A stretch of DNA of 64,000 nt from Thermomicrobiales bacterium. Lineage in GTDB: Bacteria > Chloroflexota > Chloroflexia > Thermomicrobiales > UBA6265. Positions 60,575 to 64,000 of this stretch are shown in pieces; position 1 is the first letter of the stretch; every line of letters begins with the position of its first letter. The notes below the pieces were generated by a model, which did no database searches, was not told the origin of the DNA, and worked only from the letters and a program-made list of their open reading frames with translations. Where the stretch lies: contig JAWKPF010000019.1 in assembly GCA_041390825.1 (NCBI GenBank), forward strand, positions 10,894-74,893, in the 5' to 3' direction. The translations under genes were made by a program, and so were the position numbers.

Positions 60575-60895
60575 ATGGTCCAGCGGAAACAGGCTCAGAA
60601 GATCCGCATTCGGCTGAAAGCCTACGATCATCGAATCCTCGATCAGTCGGCGGCGAAGATCGTGGAGACTGCGGAATCGACCGGAGCGAAAGTGGCGGGA
60701 CCAGTTCCCCTGCCAACCCGCATCGAGAAGTTCTGCGTCATCCGGTCGCCGTTCATCGACAAGGACTCGCAGGAGCAGTTCGAGATCCGGACGCACAAGC
60801 GCCTGATCGACGTGCTCGAGCCGAGCGGCAACACGATTCGCGCGCTGATGCGCCTGAATCTGCCGGCCGGTGTGGACATCGAGATCAAGCTGTAA
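60575..60895 (+). CDS. rpsJ: 30S ribosomal protein S10
   Basis: [39 protein letters not shown]...RTHKRLIDV. Confidence 0.97.
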   Translation: MVQRKQAQKIRIRLKAYDHRILDQSAAKIVETAESTGAKVAGPVPLPTRIEKFCVIRSPFIDKDSQEQFEIRTHKRLIDVLEPSGNTIRALMRLNLPAGVDIEIKL

Positions 60896-60992
60896 GTAGT
60901 TGTAACGCGTAGTTCGAGTTTTTCGAAGTTACGCTCTGAAGGTTCGGACGGCCACGGGGCTGCACGAACGTCCTGGCATCAGGAGAGAGCCA

Positions 60993-61625
60993 ATGATTCA
61001 GGCAATGGTCGGGAAAAAGCTGGGGATGACGCAGGTCTTCGATGAGAGCGGCGTCGTCTACCCGGCAACCGTCATCGAATGTGGGCCAAACGTGGTCACA
61101 CAGATCAAGACGGAAGAGAAGGACGGATACAACGCGGTCCAGCTCGGTTTCGGGCTGGACAAGCGTCTCAATCGCCCAGAGCAAGGGCATCGCAAGGCGA
61201 GCGGCTTTCAGTCGCGCGACCTGCGCGAGGTCAAGGCGGATAGCTACGACGATATCGAAGTCGGCCAGGTTTTCAAGGCCGATGTCTTCAAGCCTGGACA
61301 ACTGGTCGACGTGACCGGTACCTCCAAGGGGCGAGGTTTCCAGGGCGGTGTCAAGCGACACGGATTCTCGGGCGGTCCCAAGACACACGGTCAGTCCGAC
61401 CGCCTGCGCGCGCCGGGTTCCATTGGCTCGAGCGCCACACCAGGACGTGTCTACAAGGGCACGCGCATGGCTGGCCGCATGGGCAACGACCGGGTGACGG
61501 TTCTGAGTTTGGAAGTGCTGCGGGTCGATCCCGAGCGGAATCTGCTGTTGGTCAAGGGTTCGGTCCCTGGTCACAACGAATCGCTCGTCATCGTTCGAAA
61601 CGCGGTCAAAGCCGGCGCCAAGTAG
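60993..61625 (+). CDS. rplC: 50S ribosomal protein L3
   Basis: [10 protein letters not shown]...[39 protein letters not shown]. Confidence 0.96.
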   Translation: MIQAMVGKKLGMTQVFDESGVVYPATVIECGPNVVTQIKTEEKDGYNAVQLGFGLDKRLNRPEQGHRKASGFQSRDLREVKADSYDDIEVGQVFKADVFKPGQLVDVTGTSKGRGFQGGVKRHGFSGGPKTHGQSDRLRAPGSIGSSATPGRVYKGTRMAGRMGNDRVTVLSLEVLRVDPERNLLLVKGSVPGHNESLVIVRNAVKAGAK

Positions 61626-61646
61626 TCCAGGCCGCCCTGAGGAACG

Positions 61647-62342
61647 ATGATGAAACACGACACGTTTGACCTTTCCGGAAAGAAGAGTGGCCAGATCGAG
61701 CTGGACGACAGCGTCTGGGGTATCGAGCCCAACATCGCGGTGATGCACCAGGCGTTGGTCATGCAGCTCGCCAATGCGCGCATCGGCACCGCGGACACCA
61801 AGACTCGCGCTGAGGTGAGCGGTGGTGGACGCAAGCCGTGGCGCCAGAAGGGCACCGGCCGCGCCCGCCAGGGTTCCATTCGCGCCCCGCACTGGTCGGG
61901 TGGTGGTGTGGTTTTCGGACCGCACCCGCGCAAGTACACCCAGCGCCTGCCGAAGCGGATGCGCCGGCTTGCCGTGCGCTCGGCCCTTTCGGCCAAGCTG
62001 CGCGACGGACGTATCACGTTCGTTGCCAACCTGGCGGAGATCGAGCCCAAGACCAAGGCCGGTATCGCTGCGATCAAGCAGCTTCCTGAGTCGCGATCGA
62101 TCCTGATCCTGACTCCTGAGAAGAGCGAGAACATCGAGCGGGCCACTGGCAACCTCCAGGACGTGAAAACGATTCTGGCCAGCTATGCCAATGTGCGCGA
62201 TTTGCTGAAGTACGACCGGCTCGTCATTTCAACCGACGCCGTCCCGGTCATCGAGGGCATTCTGGCGCTGCCGGACGATGCCCGCGAGCCAAGTGTTTGG
62301 AAGCAGGCGCGGCAAGCCGCGGCTGAGGAGGCTGCGAGCTAG
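61647..62342 (+). CDS. rplD: 50S ribosomal protein L4
   Basis: RAEVSGGGRKPWRQKGTGRARQGSIRAPHWSGGGVVFGP. The second ATG (61650) has better SD spacing. Confidence 0.95.
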   Translation: MMKHDTFDLSGKKSGQIELDDSVWGIEPNIAVMHQALVMQLANARIGTADTKTRAEVSGGGRKPWRQKGTGRARQGSIRAPHWSGGGVVFGPHPRKYTQRLPKRMRRLAVRSALSAKLRDGRITFVANLAEIEPKTKAGIAAIKQLPESRSILILTPEKSENIERATGNLQDVKTILASYANVRDLLKYDRLVISTDAVPVIEGILALPDDAREPSVWKQARQAAAEEAAS

Positions 62343-62344
62343 TC

Positions 62345-62659
62345 ATGGCCGAGATCCGCATCGAGCAGGTGCTGCGTCGCCCGCTCATTACCGAAAAGAA
62401 CACCCGGCTGATGGAGGAGAACAATCAGTACTCCTTCGAAGTCGATCCGCAGGCCAACAAGCCGCAGATCCGGGACGCGGTCGAGAAGACCTTCAACGTC
62501 CGGGTCAAGGCGGTCAATACGCTCAACGTCAAGCCGAAGCCGAAGTCGCGCTACGCGTCTCGCCGCGGCGGCCGCATCGTTGGAAACAAACCCGGCTGGA
62601 AGAAGGCGATCGTGACGCTCTACCCAGGGCAGCACATCGACATCTTCGAGCAGGTCTAG
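62345..62659 (+). CDS. rplW: 50S ribosomal protein L23
   Basis: [46 protein letters not shown]. Confidence 0.95.
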   Translation: MAEIRIEQVLRRPLITEKNTRLMEENNQYSFEVDPQANKPQIRDAVEKTFNVRVKAVNTLNVKPKPKSRYASRRGGRIVGNKPGWKKAIVTLYPGQHIDIFEQV

Positions 62660-62684
62660 GGACCCGGGAAGAAGGAGCCAGATC

Positions 62685-63524
62685 ATGCCAGTTCGCAAGT
62701 ACAAGCCCACTTCCCCGGGCCGACGCCAGATGAGCGTCAGTGGTTTCGACGAAATCACCAAGACGACGCCAGAGAAGTCGCTGCTGAAGCCGCTGAAGAA
62801 GACCGCCGGCCGCAACAACATCGGCCGCATCACCACCCGTCATCGCGGTGGTGGCGCAAAGCGGTTCTATCGCATCATCGACTTCAAGCGGAACAAGTTC
62901 TCGGTTCCGGCCAAAGTCGCCGGTATCGAGTACGACCCGAATCGGTCGGCGCGCATCGCCCTCCTGCACTATGCCGATGGCGAGAAACGCTACATCATCT
63001 CGCCGGTTGGGCTGAAAGTGGGCGATATCGTCCAGGCCGGACCTGACGCGCCGATTCGCACCGGCAACGCGCTGCCACTCCGGAACATCCCGGTCGGTTC
63101 GCAGGTGCACAACATCGAGCTCCGTCGCGGCGGTGGTGGTCAGCTTGCCCGTTCTGCTGGTTCGTCCGCGCAGTTGATGGGTAAGCAAGAGAACTACGCG
63201 GTGTTGCGCATGCCGTCGGGCGAGGTGCGCCGTGTTCACATCGATTGCATGGCCACGCTCGGCCAGGTTGGCAATGTCGATCACGAGAACGTGGTAATCG
63301 GCAAGGCCGGGCGAAATCGTCACAAGGGCAAGCGTCCGACCGTCCGCGGCTCGGTCATGAACCCGCGTGACCATCCGCACGGCGGCGGTGAGGGCCGGGC
63401 GCCGATCGGCGGTCAGCCCAAGACCAAGTGGGGCAAGCCTGCGTTCCAGCGAACGCGCAACAACAAGCGCACCGATTCCTTGATTGTCCGGCGACGCGTC
63501 ACCGGCAAGGGACGACGACGATAA
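62685..63524 (+). CDS. rplB: 50S ribosomal protein L2
   Basis: [17 protein letters not shown]...[12 protein letters not shown]...[19 protein letters not shown]. Confidence 0.97.
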   Translation: MPVRKYKPTSPGRRQMSVSGFDEITKTTPEKSLLKPLKKTAGRNNIGRITTRHRGGGAKRFYRIIDFKRNKFSVPAKVAGIEYDPNRSARIALLHYADGEKRYIISPVGLKVGDIVQAGPDAPIRTGNALPLRNIPVGSQVHNIELRRGGGGQLARSAGSSAQLMGKQENYAVLRMPSGEVRRVHIDCMATLGQVGNVDHENVVIGKAGRNRHKGKRPTVRGSVMNPRDHPHGGGEGRAPIGGQPKTKWGKPAFQRTRNNKRTDSLIVRRRVTGKGRRR

Positions 63525-63576
63525 GCAGCCGGTGGCGGCCGCGAGCCTGATACGGCTCCTGGCGACGGAGGATCAA

Positions 63577-63858
63577 GTGGTTAGAAGTTCGAAAAAGGGT
63601 CCATACATCGACCACAACCTTCTGGAGAAGGTCACGGTCATGAACAAGGCGGGAGATCGCAAGGTCGTGCGCACGTGGGCGCGCGCTTGCCAGATTTTCC
63701 CGGAAATGGTGGGGCACACCTTTGCGGTGCACAACGGCCGGCAGCATGTTCCGGTCTACATCACCGAGCAAATGGTGGGTCATCGTCTAGGTGAATTCGC
63801 GCCCACGCGCACGTTCCGCGGCCACGGCAAAGACGCCGATCGCCGGGCGCGCCGCTAA
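63577..63858 (+). CDS. rpsS: 30S ribosomal protein S19
   Basis: GTG 63577 after [23 protein letters not shown]...[46 protein letters not shown]. The upstream part of the ORF-track call overlaps rplB and is not S19-like. Confidence 0.95.
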   Translation: MVRSSKKGPYIDHNLLEKVTVMNKAGDRKVVRTWARACQIFPEMVGHTFAVHNGRQHVPVYITEQMVGHRLGEFAPTRTFRGHGKDADRRARR

Positions 63859-63885
63859 CGGTCTCGCACGAGAGGATTGCAGAGC

Positions 63886-64000
63886 ATGGAAGTCATTGCG
63901 AGTCTGGAAAAGGTGCGCGTTTCGCCAACAAAGGCCCGGTTGGTCGTCGACCTTTGCCGCGGCAAGAAGGTGAGCGAGGCGCAAGCGATCATGCGATTTG
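63886..64000 (+). CDS. rplV: 50S ribosomal protein L22 (5' partial, runs off the window)
   Basis: MEVIASLEKVRVSPTKARLVVDLCRGKKVSEAQAIMRF is a typical L22 N-terminus, in the position after rpsS. Confidence 0.9.
   Translation, partial: MEVIASLEKVRVSPTKARLVVDLCRGKKVSEAQAIMRF

Overview
GC-rich bacterial chromosomal core region that is almost entirely housekeeping. I found no transposase, integrase, phage gene, CRISPR array or recognisable defence system. Layout: (1) 13-9479, minus strand, a long co-directional block nusA-ylxR-infB-rbfA-DHH phosphoesterase-truB-ribF, then infC-rpmI-rplT-TrmH family methyltransferase-HU. (2) 9808-17230, plus strand: yvcK-like, GAPDH-like, pgk, tpiA, secG, coaBC, two small membrane proteins and a DAG-kinase-family lipid kinase. 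(3) 17396-20289, minus strand: a 634-aa acidic protein with a Cys-rich module at each end, followed by a RodZ-like gene. (4) 20574-27764: miaB, a TPR protein, mobA, DUF1232, a SWIM-finger protein, a DarA-like c-di-AMP receptor, and a creatininase-family/AcnX (DUF521+DUF126) operon that looks decayed. (5) 27842-36358, minus strand: a complete ilvBNC-leuACDB operon behind a leader-peptide attenuator. (6) 36407-45417: a TetR/MFS pair, a rhodanese, a GH38 alpha-mannosidase, a Kv-type K+ channel, a tRNA-Leu/Val/Phe operon and a secreted beta-propeller protein. (7) 45732-64000, plus strand: rpoB, rpoC, an SH3b-polysaccharide deacetylase, then rpsL-rpsG-fusA-tuf-rpsJ-rplC-rplD-rplW-rplB-rpsS-rplV (partial). 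I did not find a clear novel multi-gene system. The items most worth follow-up are the putative Ile/Leu/Val leader-peptide attenuator in front of ilvB, a GAPDH homologue lacking the catalytic Cys and His in the canonical gap slot, a tuf gene whose synonymous codon usage differs sharply from its operon neighbours, an orphan promoter/structured RNA/terminator unit upstream of the SWIM gene, the decayed creatininase-AcnX operon, and the twin-Cys-module protein next to rodZ. Several ORF-track starts were trimmed to internal starts that have Shine-Dalgarno support. All calls come from reading the sequence by eye and from family knowledge; no searches were run. The taxon cannot be established here. 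Gene order and the beta-prime insertion resemble GC-rich Chloroflexota/Thermomicrobia-like or Actinomycetota-like lineages.
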